Source of the DNA: Bacillota bacterium
Lineage (GTDB): Bacteria > Bacillota > Dehalobacteriia > UBA7702
NCBI GenBank assembly: GCA_963928475.1
Contig: CAWVFN010000061.1
Span: 7,208 to 71,207 of the forward strand
Length of the DNA stretch: 64,000 nucleotides
Reading direction: 5' to 3'
Shown: piece after piece, positions 49,224 to 61,126 of the stretch
Numbering within the stretch: the stretch's first letter is position 1
How the letters are laid out: every line of letters begins with the position of its first letter
Made by a program: the position numbers and the translations under genes
Notes under the pieces: model-generated
The model's database searches: none
What the model saw: only the letters and a program-made list of their open reading frames with translations
What the model was told of the DNA's origin: nothing

Positions 49224-49490
49224 GTGTCTGATCCACAAAAAACAGTATTCGCATTTCCCTCAATCCATCACAGTTTGGAGGGGGAAGATATATTTACTAA
49301 AGCTGGTATAGACTTTGATTTTATGCAGATTCCCAGTTCAGCTGGTCTCAGCTGCGGCACTGGTTTAGCGGTGGCTGGGGAAAAGGGAGACGAGGCCAAA
49401 GGTCTCCTATTAAAAAACAGAGTACCTTTAGCCGGTGTTTATTTTGTTTTTCCTGACGGCGGCTGGAAGAAAACCAGAAGATTTTTTTGA
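49224..49490 (+). CDS. DUF3343-family small protein.
   Basis: About 89 aa with CGTGLAV. GTG 49224 follows AAAGGATGA; the ORF-track start is an upstream GTG. Confidence 0.45.
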   Translation: MSDPQKTVFAFPSIHHSLEGEDIFTKAGIDFDFMQIPSSAGLSCGTGLAVAGEKGDEAKGLLLKNRVPLAGVYFVFPDGGWKKTRRFF

Positions 49491-50635
49491 ACACAGAGGC
49501 GATATTTACATTGATATTCCGAAACGAAGAATTTGAAATAGACGATAGTTCTCTTTTGACTTGGGCTGAGGAGTGGGGTATAAGCGGTGATTTGCGAAAA
49601 AAGCATTTGCTGCAAAGTCTCATTTACAGCGATAATGTGCTGAGCAGGGGCGCTTTGCGGGGTGATGACTTAGTTAATTCTCAGTTATGGCAAATAGCGG
49701 TAAAGGAATTAGAGACCATTAAACGCCTTTCCTCTCACAGCGGTATCGCGGCTCTGGAGGATTATATCCCCGCTAACAGCAAATGCCGCTGGAAAAAAAG
49801 GGAGGAGGCTCTATTCCAGAGTTTTTTAAGAGATAACCCCGATATTTTTCTCATTAATCTGGTTGAGTATTATAAGAAACGCGGTTACGGCGATTTTGCT
49901 TTTTATCCTTTTTTTCGCTGGGATAATGGTCTTATACCCATAAAACATCCAGATTTGGTTAAATTCAGTAATTTGGTGGGATATGAGAGACAAAAGACAA
50001 AAATATGCAGAAATACTGAGGGGTTTTTAAAGGGTGCCGCCGCCAATAACGTGCTTTTATATGGTGAGAGAGGTACTGGCAAGTCATCTACCATAAAGGC
50101 TATTGGCACTCGATATTACTCGAAAGGTTTACGCTTAGTGGAGATTGAGCGCAATAATCTCCCTTCTCTGCCCGCGCTTTTCCGCTGCTTAGAAGATATT
50201 GCCCTCCATTTTATAGTTTATATAGATGATTTATCCTTTGATAGTGAAGAGGGTGATTATAAAACCTTAAAGGCTTTCCTTGAGGGAGGATTGTCTAAAA
50301 CCGGTGATAATGTACTTATTTACGCTACGTCCAACCGACGTCATCTTGTTAGGGAAACCTGGGACGAGCGCAAAGGCGAGGAAGTTAATGTCCGGGAAAA
50401 TTCTGATGAAGTTCTTTCTCTATCCCATCGTTTTGGTTTAACTATAGCCTACATGAACCCGGATCAAGAAGAATTTCTTAATATTGTTAGCCACTTAGCG
50501 GCCGGACGGGGATTGCGTATTCCTGAGGATTATCTCAGACAGGAGGCTCTGACCTGGGTGCGTTGGCAGCATAATCTTTCCGGACGCACCGCCGTGCAGT
50601 TTATTAACGATTTAGAGGTACGTGATCTTACTTAA
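49487..50635 (+). CDS. DUF815-type AAA+ ATPase.
   Basis: Walker A GERGTGKSS and Walker B VYIDDLSF. The start codon is uncertain (TTG). Confidence 0.6.
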   Translation: MNTEAIFTLIFRNEEFEIDDSSLLTWAEEWGISGDLRKKHLLQSLIYSDNVLSRGALRGDDLVNSQLWQIAVKELETIKRLSSHSGIAALEDYIPANSKCRWKKREEALFQSFLRDNPDIFLINLVEYYKKRGYGDFAFYPFFRWDNGLIPIKHPDLVKFSNLVGYERQKTKICRNTEGFLKGAAANNVLLYGERGTGKSSTIKAIGTRYYSKGLRLVEIERNNLPSLPALFRCLEDIALHFIVYIDDLSFDSEEGDYKTLKAFLEGGLSKTGDNVLIYATSNRRHLVRETWDERKGEEVNVRENSDEVLSLSHRFGLTIAYMNPDQEEFLNIVSHLAAGRGLRIPEDYLRQEALTWVRWQHNLSGRTAVQFINDLEVRDLT

Positions 50636-50661
50636 AAATCACCTAAAAGAGGAGAAAGAAA

Positions 50662-51288
50662 ATGGAAAATCAGGTTGAGAGCAGAATCCAGGAGGTCTTG
50701 AAGAGCCTGGAATACAATGGTTTTAAAGCAAAATATTTTCCCTACAGGGATGATGCTGTTAAATATATATTGAATAGCATTTCTTCTGGCCAAACAGTGG
50801 GAATAGGCGGTTCTATGACTATAAAAACCTTGGACTTGCCTTCTAAAATAGAGGAAAACGGCGGCATTGTGCTAGATCACAGTACTGGGGCTACACCTGA
50901 GGAAAAGCATAAAATTTGTTTAGCTGAGGGACGAGCCGATGTATTTCTAACTTCTACTAATGCTTTGACAGAAAAGGGTTACTTGGTTAACTGTGACGGT
51001 AAAGGCAATAGGGTAGCGGCTATGATCTTTGGACCCCGCCGGGTAATTCTGGTAGCGGGAAAAAATAAAATATGCGCCGATATTGAAGAGGCTATGGATA
51101 GAATCGTCAATCTGGCCGCGGCGCCTAATGCCAAAAGGCTGAATCTATCTACACCCTGTGTTTCCACGGGTCGCTGTATGGATTGTAATTCCCCGGATCG
51201 TATATGCCGTGCCTATACAATATTGAAACGCCCAAGTCTGGGAATGGATTTTACCGTAGTTATCATTGGTGAAAATTTAGGATTTTAA
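50662..51288 (+). CDS. LUD-domain protein (LutC/YkgG-like).
   Basis: About 208 aa with GIGGSMT and a C-terminal Cys pair; typical LUD fold markers. Confidence 0.55.
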   Translation: MENQVESRIQEVLKSLEYNGFKAKYFPYRDDAVKYILNSISSGQTVGIGGSMTIKTLDLPSKIEENGGIVLDHSTGATPEEKHKICLAEGRADVFLTSTNALTEKGYLVNCDGKGNRVAAMIFGPRRVILVAGKNKICADIEEAMDRIVNLAAAPNAKRLNLSTPCVSTGRCMDCNSPDRICRAYTILKRPSLGMDFTVVIIGENLGF

Positions 51289-51305
51289 GATGTGAGGTTC
51301 TGAAG

Positions 51306-52316
51306 ATGAAAAAACGTTCAAACAGAGAAGCCTATGAAAAACGTAAAGGAAGGATCAACTCCGCCGCTATGACCCAGGCCTATAATAAAGAGGAAAATAG
51401 TCCTGTTTCAGTACAGGCTGATCCTCCTGAAACCCAGGAAGAAAGGAATAAAAAAGCCGCAGAAAATAAGCAGTTTGCCGATATTAAGGAGCGGACAAGC
51501 AGCAGGGATACTAAAGTACCTAATGCTCCCCGTCATAAAGCGGCAAAAAAACGGAAAAGCGGAACCGGTAAAGCCGTAGTGATTGGTATTGCAGTAGTTA
51601 TTCTGGCGATTGCCCTTTTTGCCGCCTTGTATTCTACCTTTGGCGGCAATGATCCTTTAACTGCTTCCTTTACCTTTAACTCTGCTACCGCGACAATAGG
51701 CAATGAAGCTGTGACTATGGATAATTCCGTTTACGAAGAAGATGGTACGGCTATGGCTCCCCTGAATGGTATTGGTGAAATCCTGTCTGTCACTGTTAAA
51801 ATGAAGGAAGGCGATGATAAGGCCACAGTGAAAGGAAATGGCGTTAAGCTTAAATTTACTGTTGGTGATCCCAATGTGGAAGTAAATGGCGAGTCCGAGG
51901 AATGGCCGGCGGCGGCTGTTGTTAAAGATGGCGTTGTTTACGTTCCTTTAGTTGCTTTTTGTCATGATTTTGGTTATAAAACAGCTTATGCCGCCTCTAT
52001 TTCACGGGTATATGTTTTTACCGATGACAGCGATAACAAAGCTCCTACCGCTACCTTAACTACGGATAAGGATACTTATGAGGTTGGCGAGACCGTTACC
52101 TACCAAGCTGAGGCGGAAGATCCTGACGGCGATGAAATAGTTGAGTGGACCTGGGAAAATCATCAGGAATATTTTGAGGAACCGGGAGAAGTCACAATCA
52201 CTCTTACAGTAATGGATGATAAAGGGGCTGTTTCTGATCCTGTTTCTAAAACTATTACTATTGTTGAACCTGAACCGACATATGAGGAACCAGTAACCCA
52301 GGAAGAATCTGAGTAA
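51306..52316 (+). CDS. Membrane-anchored protein with a copper-amine-oxidase-N-terminal-like stalk domain and a PKD-like domain.
   Basis: Basic N-terminus, one TM helix (VVIGIAVVILAIALFAALY), the characteristic GVVYVPLVAFCHDFGY pattern, and a C-terminal DPDGDEIVEW repeat. Confidence 0.5.
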   Translation: MKKRSNREAYEKRKGRINSAAMTQAYNKEENSPVSVQADPPETQEERNKKAAENKQFADIKERTSSRDTKVPNAPRHKAAKKRKSGTGKAVVIGIAVVILAIALFAALYSTFGGNDPLTASFTFNSATATIGNEAVTMDNSVYEEDGTAMAPLNGIGEILSVTVKMKEGDDKATVKGNGVKLKFTVGDPNVEVNGESEEWPAAAVVKDGVVYVPLVAFCHDFGYKTAYAASISRVYVFTDDSDNKAPTATLTTDKDTYEVGETVTYQAEAEDPDGDEIVEWTWENHQEYFEEPGEVTITLTVMDDKGAVSDPVSKTITIVEPEPTYEEPVTQEESE

Positions 52317-52334
52317 TTGTATTTATTTTAACAA

Positions 52335-52370
52335 TAAAAAAGCAGCGGCTAAGCCGCTGCTTTTTTTCTT
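52335..52370. terminator. Hairpin AAAAAGCAGCGGC-taa-GCCGCTGCTTTTT; bidirectional.
   Basis: Perfect 13-bp stem flanked by A and T runs. Confidence 0.75.
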
Positions 52371-52378
52371 TTTACAGA

Positions 52379-54064
<1,686 letters not shown>

Positions 54065-54167
54065 TCATTTCATATGATTTTTAGAGAAGGTGTTGGTCCT
54101 CTCTTCTTTACAATATGGTTTATCCTTCTTTTTTGTGCGGATTTTTGAGAAAAATAGGGGGTATGAA

Positions 54168-55256
54168 ATGATAACGATTAGCCTGTGTATGATAGTAAAG
54201 AATGAAAGCGGTGTTTTAGGCCGCTGTCTTGATTCTATAAAAGATTTGGTAGATGAGATTATAGTAGTTGATACTGGTTCTGAGGATGATACTATAGATG
54301 TAGCCCGGAAGCGAGGCGCCAAGATTTTTTCATATCCTTGGCGCGATAATTTCAGCGCGGCCCGTAATTTTTCTTTTTCTAAGGCCGCTATGGATTATAT
54401 TCTTTGGTTAGACGCTGATGATGTACTGGAGCCGGAGGACAGAGAGAAGTTTAGAAATTTAAAGGAAGTTTTATCTTCTGATATTTCTGTTGTCAATATG
54501 TTGTATAACGCTGGTTTTGATAGAAAGGGTAAAGTGACTTTTTCTTACAGGAGAGAGCGTCTTTTACGCCGCCGCGATAATTTTCAGTGGCAGGGAGCTG
54601 TTCATGAGGCCATTACACCCAGGGGCAAGGTTTTAGATACGGATATTGCTATAACCCATCGTAAGGAGGGTGCAGGTGATCCTGACCGTAATTTGCGCAT
54701 CTATGAGAAGCAGATAGCGATGGGCAAAACTTTAGAGCCTCGGGAAAAGTTTTATTATGGACGCGAATTGATGTTTCATAATCTTTGGTCCCAGGCCATT
54801 AGGGTTTTAGAGGATTTTTTGGTTACCCCCGGTGCCTGGTTAGAGAACCAGGTCAGTGCTTGTTTGGATTTATCTCGCTGTTATCAGAGTATAGGTGATG
54901 AGAGAGGGGAGATAGAATCTTTGCTTAAATCCTTATCATATGATGAGCCCAGAGCGGAGTTGTGTTGTGCCATAGGCAGTTGGTGGCTGCGTCATTCTGG
55001 TTGGCGTCAAAGTGAGTTTTGGTACAGGACGGCTTTAGACTGCGATGCCCAGGCTCATCCCGGCGCCTTTGTTTCTTTAGCTTGTTATGATTATATACCT
55101 AATATACAGTTGGCTGTGATTTATGATAAGTTGGGACGGTTAGCCGAGGCCGCTGCCGCCAATGAGGCGGCTGGTAAAGTTCGTCCTGATGATCCTTCCT
55201 ATCTCCATAATAAGGCTTACTTCGATAATAAACTTAAGGAGGCGGAGAAAAAATAG
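54168..55256 (+). CDS. Family-2 glycosyltransferase with a C-terminal TPR-like region, divergent from the collagen-like gene.
   Basis: GT2 motifs MIVKNE and DTGSEDDT (DxD), plus an LDADD-like motif in WLDADDVLE. ATG 54168 follows TAGGGGG. TAG stop. Confidence 0.75.
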   Translation: MITISLCMIVKNESGVLGRCLDSIKDLVDEIIVVDTGSEDDTIDVARKRGAKIFSYPWRDNFSAARNFSFSKAAMDYILWLDADDVLEPEDREKFRNLKEVLSSDISVVNMLYNAGFDRKGKVTFSYRRERLLRRRDNFQWQGAVHEAITPRGKVLDTDIAITHRKEGAGDPDRNLRIYEKQIAMGKTLEPREKFYYGRELMFHNLWSQAIRVLEDFLVTPGAWLENQVSACLDLSRCYQSIGDERGEIESLLKSLSYDEPRAELCCAIGSWWLRHSGWRQSEFWYRTALDCDAQAHPGAFVSLACYDYIPNIQLAVIYDKLGRLAEAAAANEAAGKVRPDDPSYLHNKAYFDNKLKEAEKK

Positions 55257-55312
55257 ATTAGGATAAGTAATATTTTTGCGCCGTCATACTAAATATTAAT
55301 AGAGGTGTAGCG

Positions 55313-56137
55313 ATGAAAAAAAAGATCTCAATAATAATTATGACGGTGTTTTGTTCTGTATTTTTTGGCTGTTGGGGAGCTGCGGCTGATGATTCCCTGG
55401 TGCCGCCGGAGATAAAGGCTGATGCCGGTTTGATTCTGAATTTAGAAAATAACCAGGTACTCTGGGAGAAGGAAGGCTGGGCGCCTATGGCTCCCGCCAG
55501 TTTAATTAAACTGTTGAACATACTTACAGCTTATCCTTATATAGATTTTAGTGATAAGGCGTCTATAGGTCCTTTAGTTGATCATCTTTACGCTGGTCAG
55601 CTTTTAGGTTTGCATTCTGGAGATATTGTTGAGACTGGGGAACTGATTTATGGCATGATGTTATATTCCGCTAATGACGCCGCTGTAGCCATGGCTGATT
55701 ATTTAACCTCAGATGAGGATTTCTATTGTAAGCTTATGGATAAAAAAGCTTGGGCCTTAGGAGCTGTAGACACTGTTTCCATTAACTCTAATGGTTATTC
55801 TGATACAGCGCAGAAGACTACGGCCTATGATTTAGCTATTATCGGAGCGGCTTTTATGTCTGAGGATAAGCTGGCTGCTATTGCCGGCACGGCGAGTCAT
55901 ACTTTTGCCTGGTTTGAGCCTAAAAAAGAATTACCTTTAACCAATATAAACCGCTTTATTTTTTCCTATGCCGGAGCGACGGGATTAAAAACAGGTACTA
56001 CTGACATGGCTGGTAAATGTTTGATTGCCACGGCTCAGAGAGATGGGGATAGTTTATTAGTTGTCGCCTTAAACAGCTCTCAGCGCTATGAGGATTGTAC
56101 CAAAATGATGGATTATGGCTTTGCCTTGCTGGAATAA
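55313..56137 (+). CDS. D-alanyl-D-alanine carboxypeptidase-like serine peptidase (S11 / low-molecular-weight PBP).
   Basis: Signal peptide and the SxxK (ASLIK), SxN (SAND) and KTG (LKTGTT) motifs. Confidence 0.7.
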   Translation: MKKKISIIIMTVFCSVFFGCWGAAADDSLVPPEIKADAGLILNLENNQVLWEKEGWAPMAPASLIKLLNILTAYPYIDFSDKASIGPLVDHLYAGQLLGLHSGDIVETGELIYGMMLYSANDAAVAMADYLTSDEDFYCKLMDKKAWALGAVDTVSINSNGYSDTAQKTTAYDLAIIGAAFMSEDKLAAIAGTASHTFAWFEPKKELPLTNINRFIFSYAGATGLKTGTTDMAGKCLIATAQRDGDSLLVVALNSSQRYEDCTKMMDYGFALLE

Positions 56138-56154
56138 GGCGGAAAATCAGCTTA

Positions 56155-56190
56155 CTAAAAAACGCCCTGTTTTACAGGGCGTAATTTATA
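56155..56190. terminator. Hairpin AAAAAACGCCCTG-tttta-CAGGGCGT; bidirectional.
   Basis: 9-bp GC-rich stem. Confidence 0.6.
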
Positions 56191-56635
56191 TATTTTTATG
56201 TTTTTTTATTTCTCCGGTGGCCAGTTCATCGCAGCGGTTATTGAGTTGGTTATCACTGTGTCCTTTAACTTTTATCCAGGTTATTTGGTGCCGTTCATTT
56301 TGCAGGATCAGTTCCTGCCATAATTCCTTATTGGCTACTGGCTCTTTTTTACTGTTAAGCCAGGAATTTTTTTGCCAATTATATATCCAGCCATCGTTAA
56401 AGCCGCGTATAAGATAGGCGCTGTCGCTGTAGAGACAAACCTGGCAGGGTTCCTTTAGTCTTTTCAGACTTTCCAGCGCCGCGGTAAGTTCCATAATATT
56501 ATTGGTGGTGCAGGGATCATAACCGCTTATCTCTTTGCGTATGCCTTTAAATTCCAGAATAGCGCCCCAGCCGCCGGGCCCCGGGTTGCCGGAGCAGGCT
56601 CCGTCGGTATAGATAGTTACTGATTTCATTAACAT
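56186..56635 (-). CDS. rnhA: Ribonuclease HI.
   Basis: IYTDGACSGNPGPGGWG motif. 149 aa. Confidence 0.9.
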   Translation of the reverse strand: MLMKSVTIYTDGACSGNPGPGGWGAILEFKGIRKEISGYDPCTTNNIMELTAALESLKRLKEPCQVCLYSDSAYLIRGFNDGWIYNWQKNSWLNSKKEPVANKELWQELILQNERHQITWIKVKGHSDNQLNNRCDELATGEIKKHKNI

Positions 56636-56639
56636 CTCC

Positions 56640-57734
56640 TTAAACGTTAAAACGGAAATTGACTATATCGCCGTCAGCCATTATGTATTCTTTCCCTTCT
56701 AAACGCAGAAGTCCCTGTTCTTTACCTTTAGCCATGGTTTGGCATTTTACTAAATCATCGTAGGCTATGAGTTCAGCTCTGATAAAGCCTCGTTCAATAT
56801 CGGAGTGGATTTTCCCAGCCGCTTTTTTCGCTGTTAATCCTTGTCTTATGGTCCAGGCTTTTACCTCGTCTTCACCGGCGGTGAGGAAAGAGATGAGTCC
56901 CAAACTTTTGTAAACTGTTTGAGCAAGGCGGTTAATGCCCGGTTCAGTAATATTGAGATCCTCTAAAAAGATGTCTCTGTCCTCTTCCTCCAGCTGTGCT
57001 ATTTCCCCTTCGGTTTGAGCGCATATTTCTAAAAGTTCTCTTTTTGTGTCTTTAGCGTACTGGTATAAGTAGTCTTTATTGGGATATTCGCCGCTTTTAA
57101 ATTGTTCCTCATCCAGATTTACCACTAAAACCATGGGTTTATTGGTGAGAAAAGAAAGATGTACTACAGCTTCTAACTCTTCCTCACTGAGCTCTAAAGA
57201 ACTCATGGGGATTTCTTCTTCCAGAGCGGCTTTGATTTTTTCCAAAACCGGCTCTTCCAATTGATTTTCTATCTTTTTTTTGCTCTGGCTTTTTATGCGT
57301 GAGAGTCTGGTTTCGCATATATCCAAGTCGGCCAGGAGGAGTTCTGTGTCGATAGTATCTATATCCCGTTTTATATCTATGCTGTCGTCTACATGGATGA
57401 TGTCATCGTTTTCAAAGGCTCGCAGGACATGTACTAAGATATCCGCTTCGCCAATGGCTTTTAAGAAGCTATTACCGGTACCTTCTCCTTTGCTGGCTCC
57501 CTGTACTAAGCCGGGAATATCTATTACTTCCAGCTGAGCGTAGGTTTTTTTCTTAGGTTTATACATATCAGCCAAAAAATCGACTCTTTTATCGGGTATA
57601 AAGGCTATGCCTTCGTTGGCATGGGTTTTGCCTGTATAGAATGTACTTGTTTCCATTTCCTGGCCTGTTAATAGGTTAAATAAGGTGGTTTTTCCCGTCA
57701 TGGGTAAACCTACGATACCGCAAGATAACGCCAT
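56640..57734 (-). CDS. ychF: Ribosome-binding ATPase YchF (Obg family).
   Basis: G1 GLPMTGKTT, a TGS-like C-terminus, 364 aa. Confidence 0.85.
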   Translation of the reverse strand: MALSCGIVGLPMTGKTTLFNLLTGQEMETSTFYTGKTHANEGIAFIPDKRVDFLADMYKPKKKTYAQLEVIDIPGLVQGASKGEGTGNSFLKAIGEADILVHVLRAFENDDIIHVDDSIDIKRDIDTIDTELLLADLDICETRLSRIKSQSKKKIENQLEEPVLEKIKAALEEEIPMSSLELSEEELEAVVHLSFLTNKPMVLVVNLDEEQFKSGEYPNKDYLYQYAKDTKRELLEICAQTEGEIAQLEEEDRDIFLEDLNITEPGINRLAQTVYKSLGLISFLTAGEDEVKAWTIRQGLTAKKAAGKIHSDIERGFIRAELIAYDDLVKCQTMAKGKEQGLLRLEGKEYIMADGDIVNFRFNV

Positions 57735-57887
57735 AGTATCTGGCCTCCTGAGTCAAATATTTTTCAATATTTTATTATAACTGAGAAATAGAGGTTTTAC
57801 AAGACTATTTACCTTTTTATCTTTTTAAGGTAAAATATATTGATAAGGATTTTTAGGCTTTAAACCAGAATTCAAGTGGGTGAAAAT

Positions 57888-58634
57888 ATGAATGATAAAG
57901 AATTACGCGGTTTGCTGCGGGATTTTAAGGATAATAAGGTAAGTGAGGCTGAGATCATAGAGAGATGGTCCAGGGAGAATTTTCGTGATTTGGGTTTCGC
58001 CAAGGTAGACCACGCCCGGGAAAAACGCTGCGGTTTTCCTGAAGTTATTTACTGCGCTGGAAAAACCACTGCTCAAGCCGCTGCAATTTTGCGGGAGCTT
58101 TATAAAAACAGTGATGATAATATTTTAGCCACTAGGTGTGACGAGGAAGTATACGAGGCGGTAAAAGATGAGATCGAAGAAGCGGTTTATCATCCCTTAG
58201 CCCGTATTATCACTGTTTATAAGAAGGAGCGGCAGGCACAAGGTTCCATAGCGGTTATTTCCGCTGGTACCTCAGATATGCCCATAGCTGAGGAGGCTGC
58301 TTTAACTGCGGAGATCATGGGAAATAAGGTGAGCCGTTATTATGATGTAGGCGTAGCTGGTATCCACCGTCTTATGGCATATAGAGAAGAAATAGAAAAG
58401 GCCAGAGTGCTAATAGTCTTAGCTGGCATGGACGGCGCTCTGCCCAGTGTGATCGGTGGTTTATTTAAAAAACCCATAATAGCGGTGCCTACTTCTGTGG
58501 GATACGGTGCTAATTTTGGCGGTTTAGCGCCATTGTTGGCGATGCTTAACTCCTGTGCTTCCGGTATTACCGTAGTAAATATAGATAACGGTTTTGGTGC
58601 AGCTTATGCTGGTTCTTTAATTAATAAACTGTAA
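57888..58634 (+). CDS. larB: LarB-like PurE-family carboxylase/hydrolase (nickel-pincer cofactor biosynthesis); orphan here.
   Basis: PurE-like GTSDMP motif and a LarB-type N-terminal extension. Confidence 0.55.
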   Translation: MNDKELRGLLRDFKDNKVSEAEIIERWSRENFRDLGFAKVDHAREKRCGFPEVIYCAGKTTAQAAAILRELYKNSDDNILATRCDEEVYEAVKDEIEEAVYHPLARIITVYKKERQAQGSIAVISAGTSDMPIAEEAALTAEIMGNKVSRYYDVGVAGIHRLMAYREEIEKARVLIVLAGMDGALPSVIGGLFKKPIIAVPTSVGYGANFGGLAPLLAMLNSCASGITVVNIDNGFGAAYAGSLINKL

Positions 58635-58730
58635 TACCGGCAAAATGACACGATATTTTAATAAGTTTTGTGTTATAATATTAATGATACTTTATTCCGC
58701 TATAGACGAAAGTAATTACAGTGAGGTATA

Positions 58731-59906
58731 ATGAGAAAAATACACAGGATAGCGCAGGAATACTCTATTCCTCTGATTATAGGTATTGTTGCCGCTCTGT
58801 TCTGGGCTAATATTTCCCCAACCACATATGAACACTTTATTCACTTCCCTATATTCAAAGATGTGACCCTGCATTTTTTAGTAGAGGATGTTTTTATGGT
58901 GTTCTTTTTTGCCACTGCGGCTGTGGAGATAGTGGAGTCTTTACTGCCCGGAGGTTCATTAAATCCCTTAAAGCGGGCGGTAAATCCTCTTATCGCCACG
59001 GTTGGAGGAGTTGTTGGTCCGGTAGCGGTGTATCTTCTTTTAAATATGTTTATAGGTAAGGGAGAATACGCTGTCGGCTGGGGTATACCCGCAGCTACGG
59101 ATATAGCTATTGCCTGGCTGGCGGCTAAACTTGTTTTTGGTGATGGTCATCCGGCCATAAAATATTTACTTTTACTGGCTATTGCCGATGATGCTGTCGG
59201 CTTGATTATTATAGCTGTTTTTTATCCTTCCGGTCCTGTGTTGCCACAGTTTCTGCTGTTATGTTTATTAGGGATGTCAGTGGCCTTAACTTTAAGGCTT
59301 ATGAAGGTCAATTCTTATATATGGTATCTCCTTTTAGGCGGTATTCCTGCCTGGCTTGGTCTCTATTTCGCTAATATTCACGCTTCCCTGGCTCTGGTTT
59401 TGATAATTCCGTTTTTACCGGCAGTTCCTGAAGATGTCACCGATATTGACGATGAGGATGATGAAAGGGCCTTGGAAAAATTTAACCGTCATTGGAAACC
59501 AGTGGTGGATTATGGCTTATTCTTTTTCGGACTTTGCAACGCCGGTGTGGAATTGTCTAATCTGGGCATACTGACTTTTTTGGTGCTCATCGCCCTAATT
59601 GCGGGAAAATGCGGCGGTATATTCCTTTTTGGCTATCTTGGCAATATTGCCGGCTTTGATTTGCCTAAAGGGATGGGACGCCGGGATTTAGCCGTGGTTG
59701 GGCTGATAGCTGGTATTGGTTTAACCGTTGCTCTCTTTGTTTGCAATTCCGCCTTTAGTGATCCCTCTTTGCAGGGAGCCGCTAAAATGGGGGCTTTATT
59801 TAGTATAATAGCCGGTCCTTTAGCTTATATAGCCGCTAAGATTTTAGGTATTAGACGCTATCGAGCTGGGGAACTGATGCGTCCTTTCCATGATGATTTA
59901 CGCTAA
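58731..59906 (+). CDS. nhaA: Na+/H+ antiporter NhaA.
   Basis: About 12 TM helices with the AIADDAVGLIIIA motif. 391 aa. Confidence 0.8.
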   Translation: MRKIHRIAQEYSIPLIIGIVAALFWANISPTTYEHFIHFPIFKDVTLHFLVEDVFMVFFFATAAVEIVESLLPGGSLNPLKRAVNPLIATVGGVVGPVAVYLLLNMFIGKGEYAVGWGIPAATDIAIAWLAAKLVFGDGHPAIKYLLLLAIADDAVGLIIIAVFYPSGPVLPQFLLLCLLGMSVALTLRLMKVNSYIWYLLLGGIPAWLGLYFANIHASLALVLIIPFLPAVPEDVTDIDDEDDERALEKFNRHWKPVVDYGLFFFGLCNAGVELSNLGILTFLVLIALIAGKCGGIFLFGYLGNIAGFDLPKGMGRRDLAVVGLIAGIGLTVALFVCNSAFSDPSLQGAAKMGALFSIIAGPLAYIAAKILGIRRYRAGELMRPFHDDLR

Positions 59907-59953
59907 GGGGCAGGTTTAAACAGGTTTGCAGGTGCTGTGCTTAGGAGGGAAAT

Positions 59954-60640
59954 ATGGATTTAAAAGATATGCTCCGTGATAAGGTTGATCAGTGGGGCGG
60001 AGATCTTTTTGGTGTCGCTGACTTAACGCCTTTTACAAAGGAGATAGAGACTATTTACGGTCAAGCTTTTTCAGGTTATAATCAAGGTGTATCCTTTGCC
60101 GTTTTCCTGCCGTCTCCAGTAGTTGATGAATTATTGTCGGGACCAAGTCATACCTATTTGGCTTATTATGATGTAGCCAACGCTTTAATTAATCAGATAG
60201 GTCTGCGGCTCTGTAATTATTTGGTGAAAGAGGGTTTTAAAGCTTTTCCCATTCCCGCTTCTCAAAGAGCTGGTGAATCAAAAGAGGGGAGTATTTTTAG
60301 TCATCGTATGGCGGCGGAATTGGCTGGTTTAGGCTGGATCGGCAAGAGCTGTTCTCTGGTAAATGAGAAGGTAGGTCCCCGTTTGCGTTTAGGTACGGTT
60401 TTAACCAATACTTCTATGGACTGTGATGAACCGGTGGAAAACAAGTGTGGGGATTGCCAGGCTTGTACTAAGGCTTGTCCTGCCCAGGCTATTTTGGGAC
60501 AGTCTTATCAACGGGATCAGGATTTAGCGGAAAGATTTAGTTTTAAGCGCTGTAATGACTATTTAACCGAAGTACGACAGACTTTCGGTAAAAGAATATG
60601 TGGAAAATGTATAGCTGTTTGTCCTTATGGCAGAAGCTAA
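59954..60640 (+). CDS. 4Fe-4S ferredoxin-domain protein (epoxyqueuosine-reductase-like C-terminus).
   Basis: CGDCQACTKACP and CGKCIAVCP motifs. Confidence 0.45.
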   Translation: MDLKDMLRDKVDQWGGDLFGVADLTPFTKEIETIYGQAFSGYNQGVSFAVFLPSPVVDELLSGPSHTYLAYYDVANALINQIGLRLCNYLVKEGFKAFPIPASQRAGESKEGSIFSHRMAAELAGLGWIGKSCSLVNEKVGPRLRLGTVLTNTSMDCDEPVENKCGDCQACTKACPAQAILGQSYQRDQDLAERFSFKRCNDYLTEVRQTFGKRICGKCIAVCPYGRS

Positions 60641-60672
60641 AGCCGGGCAGCTGAAGGAAAGGAGATAATATT

Positions 60673-61125
60673 ATGACAATTGCGGAAAAACCCTGGAATA
60701 TGCCTGTAGTGGATGAGGAGATTTTGGATACTAATTCTGGAGATGATGTGGAGTATGCTACTAAATCTTTGGATTTGGGTGGAGAAAATCCCACTATATG
60801 CTATTTTATAGATTCAGATACCATGGGTCAGGGAGATAAAGACTTAGGCGTCGATTTGCTGACTAAGTTTTTTAGTGCCATGAATGATAAATGTATGCAT
60901 CCAGACTATGTAATCTTGGTCAACAGAGGTGTTTATCTGGCTCAGGGAGATAAGGAGACTTCCGCTTGTTTGAATTCCTTAGTTAAACGAGGTACCAAAA
61001 TTTTGGTTTCTCAGGAGAGCGTCAATTACTATGAATTGAATGGTCAGATCAGTGTAGGAGAGTTGACATCTTTATCGGAAATACTTATCATCATTAACGG
61101 CATTGACAAAGTTGTGACCCTGTGA
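60673..61125 (+). CDS. DsrE/DsrF-like (YedF C-terminal-like) protein.
   Basis: About 150 aa. The assignment from a weak fold pattern is uncertain. Confidence 0.3.
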   Translation: MTIAEKPWNMPVVDEEILDTNSGDDVEYATKSLDLGGENPTICYFIDSDTMGQGDKDLGVDLLTKFFSAMNDKCMHPDYVILVNRGVYLAQGDKETSACLNSLVKRGTKILVSQESVNYYELNGQISVGELTSLSEILIIINGIDKVVTL

Positions 61126-61126
61126 G

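Noticed and set aside
57888-58634. A complete lar (nickel-pincer cofactor) operon.
   Set aside because: Only a larB-like gene is present. No larA, larC or larE is adjacent, so it is not presented as a system.
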